Shown: in pieces, positions 19,148 to 28,963 of the stretch
How the letters are laid out: the number at the start of each line of letters is the position of its first letter
Numbering within the stretch: position 1 is the stretch's first letter
DNA from: an uncultured archaeon
GTDB lineage: Archaea > Asgardarchaeota > Lokiarchaeia > Sigyniarchaeales > SOKP01
Direction: 5' to 3'
DNA: 51,181 bases
NCBI GenBank assembly: GCA_964493715.1
Contig: CAZBPC010000009.1
Coordinates: 1-51,181, forward strand
Made by a program: the position numbers and the translations under genes
Notes under the pieces: generated by a model
What the model saw: the letters and a program-made list of their open reading frames with translations, nothing else
Databases searched by the model: none
Told to the model about the DNA's origin: nothing

Positions 19148-20191
19148 ATTAATCGACCTCAATTCACAAATTTATTAATTATTAATATAATTAGATAATT
19201 TTTAAAATCCCTTCATTTGATAAAAATATTCTTACAAATCCTTACTTCATTATTTATTAGTAAAAAATTAGCAATAATTAACATAAATCACTTGATCTAG
19301 AATTATCTCATCTAATAAACCTTAATTCATTGACCATTCCCATAACAGAGAAAATGATTTAGAATTTTGGATAATTTTCTAATAATTCCTATGTGCTCCA
19401 TTAAAAACATTCGTTAAAAATTATCAAATAATTATATGAATTAAAATTATCTAAATTATTATGAAATGAATAAAAAATAATTCAATAGTAATAAAAAGAA
19501 AAAAAAGTAATGGAATGTATTGCCAAAAAAATTGTGGAGGAATAATTATGGCTAAATACAAGCATTCCACTACAAGGCCGAAAAAACAAATTTTTCGTAA
19601 CTAATTAATAGATTACCCAATATAAAAACGTTTGGGTCAATTTTATAAACGTTCTGTTTAATTATTCCATAAATTTTAGCGATAGAATATTGATTGAAAT
19701 ATGATCCCTATAGGATTTATTCTATAACTCTATTTGTACTTATAAAAGCTATGATAGCTCATAAATTTAATGAAAAGTAAATTTTTTTTCTCATATTTCA
19801 TAAGACATATGTGAAATTCCATGATGAATAATATCCCATTTTTTTGCAGATCTTTTCATTTTTTAGTTAGACTGTATTTCCAAATCACAATTTATTAAGA
19901 TTTTAATAAGCATCGATGATTATTTTAAAACCCATATAAGTCGGATATATAGAATATTTAGGCACTAAATAATAATTTCAAGAAATTTACAGTATTTTCT
20001 ATCGAATCAGAGGAAGTGATACATTCTTTATATTATAATTCAACTAAGAATTACGAAAAATCAAAAAAATGAAAATTGGTTTATGGGATGTTGTTCCCAT
20101 TATGATAACTAACGATTAAGTTAAATAAATTATGGAAATTAATAATAATAGAGATTCTTAGAAAAAGCTAAATTATTTTGAATGACGCATT

Positions 20192-20803
20192 ATGGAGATT
20201 AAAAAATTTAATCTACTCAACGTAGGTGTAGGTGGACAAGGTGTTATAAGAGCAGTTCAGATTCTATCATACGCAGCGTTATTAAATGGATACAAAGTAA
20301 GAACAGCTGAAACTCATGGAATGGCTCAACGAGGAGGTTCTGTTGCATCTTACTTTCGATTTGGTTCTGAAGTAGAAGGACCATTAATTCCAAGAGGATT
20401 GACAGATGTAATAATGGCTTTTGAGGCGAGTGAAGCAGTAAGAAATTTTAATTATGCTGGACCAAATACATTCTTTTTTATTAATGAAGAACTTATCGTA
20501 CCTCCAATGATTCACCAACTTGGAATGGATTATCCTACTATAGAAGAAATTCAAACATTTTTAAAAACAGTCTCACAAAATATTTATTTTGTTAATGCTA
20601 ATGAACTAGCGAACCAAGCAGGTAATCTAAGAACAATGAATGTTGTAATGTTGGGGGTATTGAGTGGTTCAGGGCAAATACCTCTTAATAAAAATACATT
20701 ATTGAGTGCGATGATGGAATTTGTCCCTAAGAAGGCTCAAGAAGATAATTTAGTAGCATTTAACCTTGGTATAGAAAAAGGAAAATCTTTAGGAGGTAAA
20801 TAA
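20192..20803 (+). CDS. iorB: Indolepyruvate:ferredoxin oxidoreductase beta subunit
   Basis: GVGGQG, AETHGMAQRGGSV, NVVMLG. Confidence 0.93.
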   Translation: MEIKKFNLLNVGVGGQGVIRAVQILSYAALLNGYKVRTAETHGMAQRGGSVASYFRFGSEVEGPLIPRGLTDVIMAFEASEAVRNFNYAGPNTFFFINEELIVPPMIHQLGMDYPTIEEIQTFLKTVSQNIYFVNANELANQAGNLRTMNVVMLGVLSGSGQIPLNKNTLLSAMMEFVPKKAQEDNLVAFNLGIEKGKSLGGK

Positions 20804-22705
20804 ATGAGTCGCCTTGATTTTACTGAAGATGAACCCGGAAAAAAGGTAATAATGTTGGGAAATGAAGCTCTTGCTAGAGGTATTTTAGAAGCAGGTGTAA
20901 TAGTTGGAGCTGGTTATCCTGGAACACCTTCATCTGAAATTTTAAGCACCTTAGCTATCATGAAAAATTTTTATCCACATTTAAAATTAGAATGGAGTAT
21001 CAATGAAAAAGTGGGTTTTGAAACCGCATATGGAGCCTCGATGTGCGATGTAAGAGCTGTTGCTTGTATGAAGCATGTTGGTGTTAATGTAGCATCTGAT
21101 GCATTCATGACCGCTTGTTATGCTGGAGCAAGAGGAGGGATGGTTCTGATTTCAGCGGATGATCCAAACCTTTATAGCAGTCAAAATGAACAAGATAACC
21201 GATATTTTGGTTTACATGCCCTTGTTCCTGTTTTTGAACCATCTACACCCCAAGAAGCAAAAGACATGTTAAAATACGCTTTTGATTTTTCTGAACAATT
21301 TCAGTCATTAGTTTTATTTAGAACTACAACGCGTCTAAACCATGGGAGAGGAGATGTTACTTTAGGCAATATTGCGCAAATAGATAGAGATTATTCGTTT
21401 GATTGGGATAGATCTCGATGGGTTTGTCTACCTTCTCACTCTCGAGTCTTACGTATGAGACTTTTAGAACGATTAGAACTAATTTCTGAATCTGCTGATG
21501 AATTTCAGTTTAATTCATTAAAATTATCAGATGAGAAAATAAATGGGACTAAATATGGGTTTGTAACAGCAGGAATTCCTCATGGTCATCTCATAGATGC
21601 GTTAAACTATTTTGGTATATTCGAAAAAGTATCTATTCTCAAATTGGGATTAGTATATCCCCCACCTAAAAAATTAATTAAAAAACTATATGATAATGTC
21701 GATGAAATTCTCACAATTGAAGAATTAGAGCCTTTCATTGAAAATATCTTAAAACAAATAGCGTACGAAGAAGGATTATCAAAAGAAATTTCAATTCATG
21801 GAAAAGACTTTTTTCCACAAAATGGCGAATTTTCTGCTGAACTCTATTTAGAGATTATTTCTGATTTCATTGGTCTTGAGTATAAAAGGAATCCAGTACC
21901 AAAAAAGATGTTAATCATTCCTCCTCGGCTTCCGATATTGTGTCCAGGTTGCTCGCACAGAGCCACATTTTATGCCATTAAACAAGTAGAAAAAAAGAAA
22001 AAAACAAAATTCGTTAATTCTTCTGATATTGGGTGTTATACTCTTGCAGTATATAAACCTTTAGAGGGATTAGATACTGAAGTGTGCATGGGAGGCTCTA
22101 TTGGATTAGCGAATGGCATTACTAAAGTTCAACCTAAAGAAAATCCTGTTTTAGCAATTTTAGGAGACTCAACATTCTTTCATTCAGGTATTCCCGCATT
22201 AATTAATGCTGTCTATAATCAAAATGATATGTTAGTTATAATCCTTGATAATCGATCGACCTCAATGACAGGATTCCAAGAAAATGCAGGGACAGGAATA
22301 AAGATAGACAGAACTCCAGGAACAAGAGTTATACTAGAGGATCTTGTTAAAGGTTGTGGTGTTAAGCAAGAGAATATCTGGATACAAGATTCAAATGAAT
22401 TGAATGAACTTATTACAAAGTTAGAAGAAGCTGTAGATAGGAAAGGAGTTAGAGTATTAATATCTAGACATACATGCTCTTTAATTGAAGTAAATCAAAT
22501 GCGAGCCCAAGAAATCACACCTCCAAAGATTATAGTCGATCAAGAAAAGTGCATAGGATGCCTTATATGTGTTAATCGGTTTGGTTGTCCCGCTATAAAT
22601 TTTGATGAGGATTTGAAAAAAGCATCTATTGATCAAAATGTTTGCCGCGGCTGTAAAGTATGTATTGAAGTTTGTCCACAACAAGCTATTATAGAGGAGT
22701 TATAG
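20804..22705 (+). CDS. iorA: Indolepyruvate:ferredoxin oxidoreductase alpha subunit
   Basis: GNEALARG, YPGTPSSE, MKHVGVNVA, LCPGCSHR, DIGCY, GDSTFFHSG, C-terminal ferredoxin motifs. Confidence 0.95.
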   Translation: MSRLDFTEDEPGKKVIMLGNEALARGILEAGVIVGAGYPGTPSSEILSTLAIMKNFYPHLKLEWSINEKVGFETAYGASMCDVRAVACMKHVGVNVASDAFMTACYAGARGGMVLISADDPNLYSSQNEQDNRYFGLHALVPVFEPSTPQEAKDMLKYAFDFSEQFQSLVLFRTTTRLNHGRGDVTLGNIAQIDRDYSFDWDRSRWVCLPSHSRVLRMRLLERLELISESADEFQFNSLKLSDEKINGTKYGFVTAGIPHGHLIDALNYFGIFEKVSILKLGLVYPPPKKLIKKLYDNVDEILTIEELEPFIENILKQIAYEEGLSKEISIHGKDFFPQNGEFSAELYLEIISDFIGLEYKRNPVPKKMLIIPPRLPILCPGCSHRATFYAIKQVEKKKKTKFVNSSDIGCYTLAVYKPLEGLDTEVCMGGSIGLANGITKVQPKENPVLAILGDSTFFHSGIPALINAVYNQNDMLVIILDNRSTSMTGFQENAGTGIKIDRTPGTRVILEDLVKGCGVKQENIWIQDSNELNELITKLEEAVDRKGVRVLISRHTCSLIEVNQMRAQEITPPKIIVDQEKCIGCLICVNRFGCPAINFDEDLKKASIDQNVCRGCKVCIEVCPQQAIIEEL

Positions 22706-22711
22706 TAAAAC

Positions 22712-24088
22712 ATGCCCCATTTCTTTTTTAATCCAAAAACGATTGCTGTAATTGGAGCAACTGCTAATCCTAAAAAATTTGGTAATGCAGTTACTATAAA
22801 CATCCTCAAAAATAAAAATCTTAAATGTAAACTCTTCCTTGTGACCCAAAATAGCAAGGAAATAATGGGAATCCCGTGCTTTCAATCCATTCTTGATATT
22901 TCGGAAGAAATTGAGCTTGCAATTATTTTAGTTCCTGCAAAAACTGTTAATACCATAATAAATGAATGCATTACTAGAAAAGTTAAACGAATCATTATTG
23001 TCACAGCAGGATTTGGAGAAATCAATGATGAAGGTAAACAAGCTGAAAATCTCATTGCTGATAAATGCAGGGCGAACAATATCAGAATAATGGGTCCAAA
23101 TTGCGTTGGAATTCAAAATACTGAGATTGGTCTGAATGCATCTTTCATTCAAGCAGCACCCCATGGAAATATAAGCATGATTAGTCAATCTGGATCTTTT
23201 GGATGTGCGAGTTTTTACGCCATGGAACGCGAAAATATAGGATGCTTAAAATTTGCTAATATTGGTAATAATGTAGATATTTCATTCGTAGATATTCTCG
23301 ATTACTTCAATAACGATTCTAAAACTAAATTAATTAGCATATACATGGAAACCATTACCCAAGGAAGGAAATTTTTAGAGTTATTAAAAAAAGTAATCCT
23401 TAAAAAACCAGTTATAGTTCTTAAAGGAGGACGATCTCCTACTGGAATGAAAGCAGCAAGTTCACATACTGGTTCTCTCGCTAGTAATTATAAAATACTG
23501 AAAGCAGCAATTAGGCAGACGGGTGCAACTTTATGTGAGTCTGCTTCAGATTTTATCGTAGCTTTAAAAACATTTTCCTTTTTACCAATTCCTCAAGGAG
23601 AAAAAATTGGTGTTTTAACAAATAGTGGAGGTAGTTCAGTCCTGTTCAGTGATAAAGTTGAAGAATTCGGGTTCACCCTTGTTGAATTTTCAAAGACATT
23701 ACGAGAAAAAATTAGAACCCATTTGATTTCGCTTGTAAAATTTGTAAATCCGCTTGACATGATTGGAGTCGCAGGTGAATTACAATACTATGAAGTTACT
23801 AAAGCGATGTTAGAAGACCCTGACATAGATATTGTCGTCCCATGTTTAGTGATACCCCCATTTCTTGAAATGAGGTCAGATGAACATTATCGAGGTATGA
23901 TTCGCGCATGGAATGACACAAATAGAAAAAAACCAATAATTCCTCTCATATTTTTTGGTGAAAGTTTTGAAGAACTAAAAAAATATGCTCTAAAAGAAAA
24001 TTCTCCAATATTTTACACTCCTCAAGAAGCCGCATTTGCAACGAAAATAATAGTTGAAAGGTTTAGAATTTTGAGTAAAAAGCTCTAA
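22712..24088 (+). CDS. ADP-forming acyl-CoA synthetase alpha subunit (CoA-binding)
   Basis: IAVIGAT, GPNCVG, SQSG, ASSHTGSLA (phospho-His), TNSGG, NPLD. Confidence 0.92.
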   Translation: MPHFFFNPKTIAVIGATANPKKFGNAVTINILKNKNLKCKLFLVTQNSKEIMGIPCFQSILDISEEIELAIILVPAKTVNTIINECITRKVKRIIIVTAGFGEINDEGKQAENLIADKCRANNIRIMGPNCVGIQNTEIGLNASFIQAAPHGNISMISQSGSFGCASFYAMERENIGCLKFANIGNNVDISFVDILDYFNNDSKTKLISIYMETITQGRKFLELLKKVILKKPVIVLKGGRSPTGMKAASSHTGSLASNYKILKAAIRQTGATLCESASDFIVALKTFSFLPIPQGEKIGVLTNSGGSSVLFSDKVEEFGFTLVEFSKTLREKIRTHLISLVKFVNPLDMIGVAGELQYYEVTKAMLEDPDIDIVVPCLVIPPFLEMRSDEHYRGMIRAWNDTNRKKPIIPLIFFGESFEELKKYALKENSPIFYTPQEAAFATKIIVERFRILSKKL

Positions 24089-24492
24089 TCTATCATTTTA
24101 TAATTGTTTTTGTTTAGAATCTCAAGTCCTTTTTCGTTGTCATCCAATCTTAAAACTACTCCATTTCGATGGTCGTCTAAGACCAGAAAATATAAGTATT
24201 CAATATTAATATCATTAGCGCCCAAAGTTTTTGAGATTTTGTATAATTCGGAAATATTATTTGAAAGTTCTATTGCTATAACATTGGTGATTGAGTATAA
24301 TATTTTATTTTCTTCTAAAATATTTATGCACTTATCGGTTTGATCAACTAATAACAGAAGTAGACCAAAATCTTCGGTCTCTGCAACGGTCATCGATCTT
24401 ATATATATTTTTTTATCTAATAATAGCTCAAAAAAGCTCGCAAGTTGTCCAGGTTTATTGGGAATATAAACTGATAATTGTTTTACCGTCAT
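24085..24492 (-). CDS. Tandem ACT-domain protein
   Basis: KQLSVYIPNKPGQL, AETEDFG, INIEYLY. Confidence 0.88.
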   Translation of the reverse strand: MTVKQLSVYIPNKPGQLASFFELLLDKKIYIRSMTVAETEDFGLLLLLVDQTDKCINILEENKILYSITNVIAIELSNNISELYKISKTLGANDINIEYLYFLVLDDHRNGVVLRLDDNEKGLEILNKNNYKMID

Positions 24493-24645
24493 TTTAATCT
24501 AACTCATAAATTTATAATGGAAATGATTTTTCTGACATAATTCTATTATTAATTAATTTAGAACATTAGATTCTTTAAAAATCATGCTAAATTTAAATGT
24601 AAACCATTTAATTAGTCGTGATTATATTTATATCAAGAAAAAAAG

Positions 24646-25410
24646 ATGACATTGAAAGATTTTTATGAAACTCATGTTAATTTTTCATTAAGAAATGCTT
24701 CAGATTATTATATATCTCCGGGAATAAAATGTAAATTTGATTTAATAATTGAGAACCTGAAAAATTTTCACATTTTAAATGCCGCGGATCTCGGATGTTC
24801 AGGAAATTCTATTTTTGATTTCTTTGATGATAAGCGCTATAAATCTTACCTGGATATAGCTTCCTTGCCTTTAAAGAGATATATAAAAAGTAGGAATTGT
24901 TATCCTTTATGTGGAGATATAGCTCATCTACCTTATAGAAACCACTCCTTTGACTTTATTAGTGCTCTTGATGTATTAGAACATATTAAAGAGGATAAAA
25001 TGGTAGTGAGTGAAATTAATCGAATTATAAAAAAAGATGGAATCGTAATAATTACAGTTCCTCATAGGAAGAAATATTACACTCAACAAGATAAAATGAT
25101 TGGTCATTATAGAAGATATGAAATTGAGGATACTGTTAAGTTATTTCACGATTTTAATTTTACATTATTAAGGTATTTTGGAGTATATGGACAAATAATG
25201 AGGATCTCATTTATTCAGTCTAAAATACCCGAAAAAACGGAAGAAAGTCTTTCACTTCTCCGAAAAAAATATGAAACTAATAAGCTATTCCGTAAATTAT
25301 GGAACCATTTTGTCTATGTTACTTCGAGGTTAATGAAATTAGATGCAAAATATCAACCCAAAAGTAAAATAATGAATATGGCGTTCTTGTTTATTAAAAA
25401 GAGTTCTTGA
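24646..25410 (+). CDS. Class I SAM-dependent methyltransferase
   Basis: DLGCSG, GDIAHLPY, FDFISALDVLEHI, ITVP, HYRRY. Confidence 0.88.
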   Translation: MTLKDFYETHVNFSLRNASDYYISPGIKCKFDLIIENLKNFHILNAADLGCSGNSIFDFFDDKRYKSYLDIASLPLKRYIKSRNCYPLCGDIAHLPYRNHSFDFISALDVLEHIKEDKMVVSEINRIIKKDGIVIITVPHRKKYYTQQDKMIGHYRRYEIEDTVKLFHDFNFTLLRYFGVYGQIMRISFIQSKIPEKTEESLSLLRKKYETNKLFRKLWNHFVYVTSRLMKLDAKYQPKSKIMNMAFLFIKKSS

Positions 25411-25411
25411 A

Positions 25412-25795
25412 CTACAGATTTTTCAACTTCTCAAACAGTTTTTTATATTCTTCAATATATTTCTCATCATTAGTTTCTTCTATCTTTTTGAGAAGTTCAA
25501 TAGATTTTGAAAGATAATCCGATTGTTCTTTTATCTTTTCAAAATATAGTTGTTTTATTTGTTGTGATTTTGCGTTGCGAAGTTGACTTTTAAATTCTTT
25601 TATATTGGTTTCAGTCTCTTTTTGAGATTCGATCACAGATTCCGATAAGATTTTTTTTCGCTGTTCCAATTTAATGCAATTATCACATACTAAATTTTTC
25701 GATTCTTTTCTAACATCATTAATCATAAATGCATTTCCACAACGAGAACATACGACGAGTTTTACGATTAATTTATTATCATTAGAATCAGGCAT
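25412..25795 (-). CDS. Small zinc-finger plus coiled-coil protein
   Basis: CSRC...CDNC followed by an E/K-rich helix. Confidence 0.7.
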   Translation of the reverse strand: MPDSNDNKLIVKLVVCSRCGNAFMINDVRKESKNLVCDNCIKLEQRKKILSESVIESQKETETNIKEFKSQLRNAKSQQIKQLYFEKIKEQSDYLSKSIELLKKIEETNDEKYIEEYKKLFEKLKNL

Positions 25796-25907
25796 GGTTT
25801 AGATAGTGTTAATTCAAAATCATGTAATTACTATTTTAATATTAATTTAGTAATTTAATTTTTGATTTTTTGAGAATCTTTATCATTTTAAATTAATTTT
25901 ACCGATT

Positions 25908-26708
25908 ATGGAATTTTCACTAGTTATTATTTTTCTATTAATTTTACTTGGTTTTCTTTCAGGAGCTGTTTCAGTTATGGCTGGGGTAGGTGGAGGAGTA
26001 TTTTTTGTGTCAATTATGACCTTATTATTCCTCATACCTATTAATGTTGCTGTTGGCACCTCAACATTTATCATCTTATTTTCTTCCTTAGCTGGATTTA
26101 TCTCATATTTAAAACAAAAAAGGACAAATATTAAACTGTCATTATTATTTGCCTTATTTTCTATTCTTGGAAGTATAATTGCTAGCATAATCTTTTCATT
26201 TATTCAAATTGAAGCTACCTTATTAAAAATATTATTTGCATGCACTTTATTAATAGCTGGATTAAATATGATTTATAAAACTTCAAAAGCAAGCAAAAAT
26301 ATAAAAGAGACTGATTTACGCGAATTGAATTTTACCCTTATAGGTCATGTATATAAGCCGAACCTTAAAAAGTCTATTCCCTTATTTATGTTAGCGGGTT
26401 TTACAGCATATTTACTTGGGATTGGAGGAGGTATAATAAATACTCCGGTATTAAATATTGTATTAAAGTATCCAATTCATAATTCGACGGCTATTTCTAC
26501 CTCAATTATTTTTTTCACCGCAATATATAATACTATTATAAAAATTATTTTAGGTCAAATAGATTATATCACTGGATTGTTAATTGCTATTGGTTCAATA
26601 TCCGGTTCAATCTTTGGAGCAAATTTTTCCAAAAAAATATCAAAAATTCATCTCCAAATTATTGTAGCGATCGTATTGATGGTTTTAGCAGTTAACATGT
26701 TTTTTTAA
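25908..26708 (+). CDS. TauE/SafE (TSUP) family transporter
   Basis: Duplicated GVGGG / GIGGG motifs, AVGTS / AISTS, about 8 TM. Confidence 0.9.
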   Translation: MEFSLVIIFLLILLGFLSGAVSVMAGVGGGVFFVSIMTLLFLIPINVAVGTSTFIILFSSLAGFISYLKQKRTNIKLSLLFALFSILGSIIASIIFSFIQIEATLLKILFACTLLIAGLNMIYKTSKASKNIKETDLRELNFTLIGHVYKPNLKKSIPLFMLAGFTAYLLGIGGGIINTPVLNIVLKYPIHNSTAISTSIIFFTAIYNTIIKIILGQIDYITGLLIAIGSISGSIFGANFSKKISKIHLQIIVAIVLMVLAVNMFF

Positions 26709-26815
26709 ATAAATTCTTGCTTAAAAGGCATATGACTCCATCATTTTGTCAATATTTCCGAATAACCTTTAAATGTTCTAAAGGATAATTAAAATTAATT
26801 TAATTTCATATCAAA

Positions 26816-27643
26816 ATGCAACGATTAAATATGAGCAAGGGATTTAAACTTCTCAGGATTGAGTATCTTTTCTCCGTTTTAATACCATGTTTATTAGCGA
26901 TTTATTTAAATAATTTTAATTTTGCAGATCATTTATGGATATTATCAGGCTTTGCATTTTATGCTATTACAGGAAACACGTTAAATGATTTCATAGATAT
27001 GAGAGATCCTGATGAGAAAGAAACTTTAGAAAGAGTTAAGGGATATTCTCGAAAAGAAATTTTCGTATTGAGTATAGCAAGTTTTGCTTTGGGCTCTGCC
27101 TGCTTTATGAATACAATTATAATCCATCCTATCCTACTTATTTATTTAATTGTTATTGTAATAATGGTTATCTTTTATTGCGTTTTTAAATCGCTTGTGA
27201 TTATTAATCATGTCATTCTTGGTATTTCACATATAATTTTACCTTATTTTATGATTAAAATAAATGCAGGAAGTATTTATATGAATTTCTTTCCAGTAAT
27301 GAGCATTTCCGAAATTTTAATTTTAACATCTATCGCGGTTGTAGCATACACAGGTCAAATGCTTCACGAGTTGATAGATGGAGATTCTCTTTCAAAATTA
27401 AGTCCAAAAATGTCCCAAATCGTTATTTGGGGGGTCTCTTTTATATCATTAATTTTAAGCATTTTTATGATAATAATCACTCAGATTTATGTATTTTTCC
27501 CAATAATCATTTTTCCTATAGGAATTATGTATATTTTTCGCAAACCACGAACAGACTTACGCGGTCGATATACATTAAAAGATATTGGAATAATTCTAGG
27601 CAATTTAGTTTTAGTATACATTTTTATATTAATAATAGCATGA
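26816..27643 (+). CDS. UbiA-like prenyltransferase family membrane protein (divergent)
   Basis: LLRIE N-terminus, NTLNDFID (NDxxD), second acidic motif HELIDGD, multiple TM. Confidence 0.65.
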   Translation: MQRLNMSKGFKLLRIEYLFSVLIPCLLAIYLNNFNFADHLWILSGFAFYAITGNTLNDFIDMRDPDEKETLERVKGYSRKEIFVLSIASFALGSACFMNTIIIHPILLIYLIVIVIMVIFYCVFKSLVIINHVILGISHIILPYFMIKINAGSIYMNFFPVMSISEILILTSIAVVAYTGQMLHELIDGDSLSKLSPKMSQIVIWGVSFISLILSIFMIIITQIYVFFPIIIFPIGIMYIFRKPRTDLRGRYTLKDIGIILGNLVLVYIFILIIA

Positions 27644-27671
27644 CTTAGCAAAAAAAATAAGGAGATATAAT

Positions 27672-28943
27672 ATGGATAAAATTAAACCAATAAGTATAGA
27701 GTTCTTTTCTCCCTTCAATCAAGAAGCGTGCACTCGATGTGGAATTTGCTTTAATAAATGCCCTATAATGGAGCTTTCTATTGAAGATTCTATTGAAGAA
27801 ATTAACCGATTAATTATTGGAGAAAAAACAAAAAGAGTTTTAAAGGATTGTCAGAGTTGTTTTACATGTAATTTCTATTGTCCAGAAAATGTTCATCCAG
27901 CCAGTTTAATATTGCAAAGATGGAATGAACAATACCTAAAGGAAGGACTTAAATTAAGAGGAAAACATTATATGACGTTATACCCTCATTATCCAAATTT
28001 CAGATCCTATGTTATGGATCATCTTCCGAATCAAACAAAAGAGTTGGTTAAAAGTTGGGCAAGTTTGGATCCATTAAAAGGGGATACTTTGACATATCCG
28101 GGCTGCAACATAATTACATTTGCTGAATTAACTCAAACTAGTTTATTCACCGATTTAGATATTAGAGGACGCCTTGAATATTGTTGCGGAGAAACTTTAT
28201 TCCGTACAGGCTACAAGGATGAACTTTTTCAGGTGACTAAAAGATTAGATGCTTGGTTCAATATTTTAAAACCAAAAAAACTGTTGGTCTTATGTACCGC
28301 TGGAACTAATGTATTTAAAAATGTTCTCCCGCATTATGGATTGACCTACAAATTTGAATCGATAAAATCATATATTGAATTCTTATGGGAAAAAATATTA
28401 AATGGAGAAATCATGGTAAAAGAAAAGTTGGATATGACAGTTGCAATTCAGGACTCTTGTTATTCTAAAATGTTTGGAGAAGAATACATGGATTTACCTC
28501 GAAAAATACTCGAGTTCATTGGAGTTAAAGTGGTTGAGATTAATGCTTGTAGGGAGGATATGCGTTGTTGCGGAATAGGTGGGGGTTTTTCTGTTGACTC
28601 TGCTTATCATCCAATGAATTTAATGAAATCAACATTCAAAAATTTAAAGGAGTTTAAAGAAAAGAAGGTTGACGGACTATGTGTTTATTGTGCGGGATGT
28701 TTAGCAACATATTTGACATCAATGAACCTCTATTTTAGAAAAAATATGAAAGTATATCATATAATTGAACTTTTACAAATGGCAATTGGGGAGAAACCAA
28801 TGCCATACAAGGCAAAAAAGAAAAGGGCAAAACATTTCTTTTGGGGGATCATGAAGAAACAGTTATTTAAAACATATTCAAAGAAAACCTTTAAGATAGC
28901 TGAAATTACCGAGACTCCTCCTGATTTAGATATTGCTTATTAA
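27672..28943 (+). CDS. Fe-S oxidoreductase, HdrD/GlpC-like (2x[4Fe-4S] plus two CCG domains)
   Basis: CTRCGICFNKCP, CQSCFTCNFYCP, YPGC, YCCG, QDSC, CCGIGGG, CAGC. Confidence 0.88.
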   Translation: MDKIKPISIEFFSPFNQEACTRCGICFNKCPIMELSIEDSIEEINRLIIGEKTKRVLKDCQSCFTCNFYCPENVHPASLILQRWNEQYLKEGLKLRGKHYMTLYPHYPNFRSYVMDHLPNQTKELVKSWASLDPLKGDTLTYPGCNIITFAELTQTSLFTDLDIRGRLEYCCGETLFRTGYKDELFQVTKRLDAWFNILKPKKLLVLCTAGTNVFKNVLPHYGLTYKFESIKSYIEFLWEKILNGEIMVKEKLDMTVAIQDSCYSKMFGEEYMDLPRKILEFIGVKVVEINACREDMRCCGIGGGFSVDSAYHPMNLMKSTFKNLKEFKEKKVDGLCVYCAGCLATYLTSMNLYFRKNMKVYHIIELLQMAIGEKPMPYKAKKKRAKHFFWGIMKKQLFKTYSKKTFKIAEITETPPDLDIAY

Positions 28944-28963
28944 TATAGGAATAATAATAAATA

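Noticed and set aside
18693-19178. 161-aa plus-strand ORF and the other short ORFs nested in or antisense to called genes
   Set aside because: They overlap well-supported genes and have no independent coding signal
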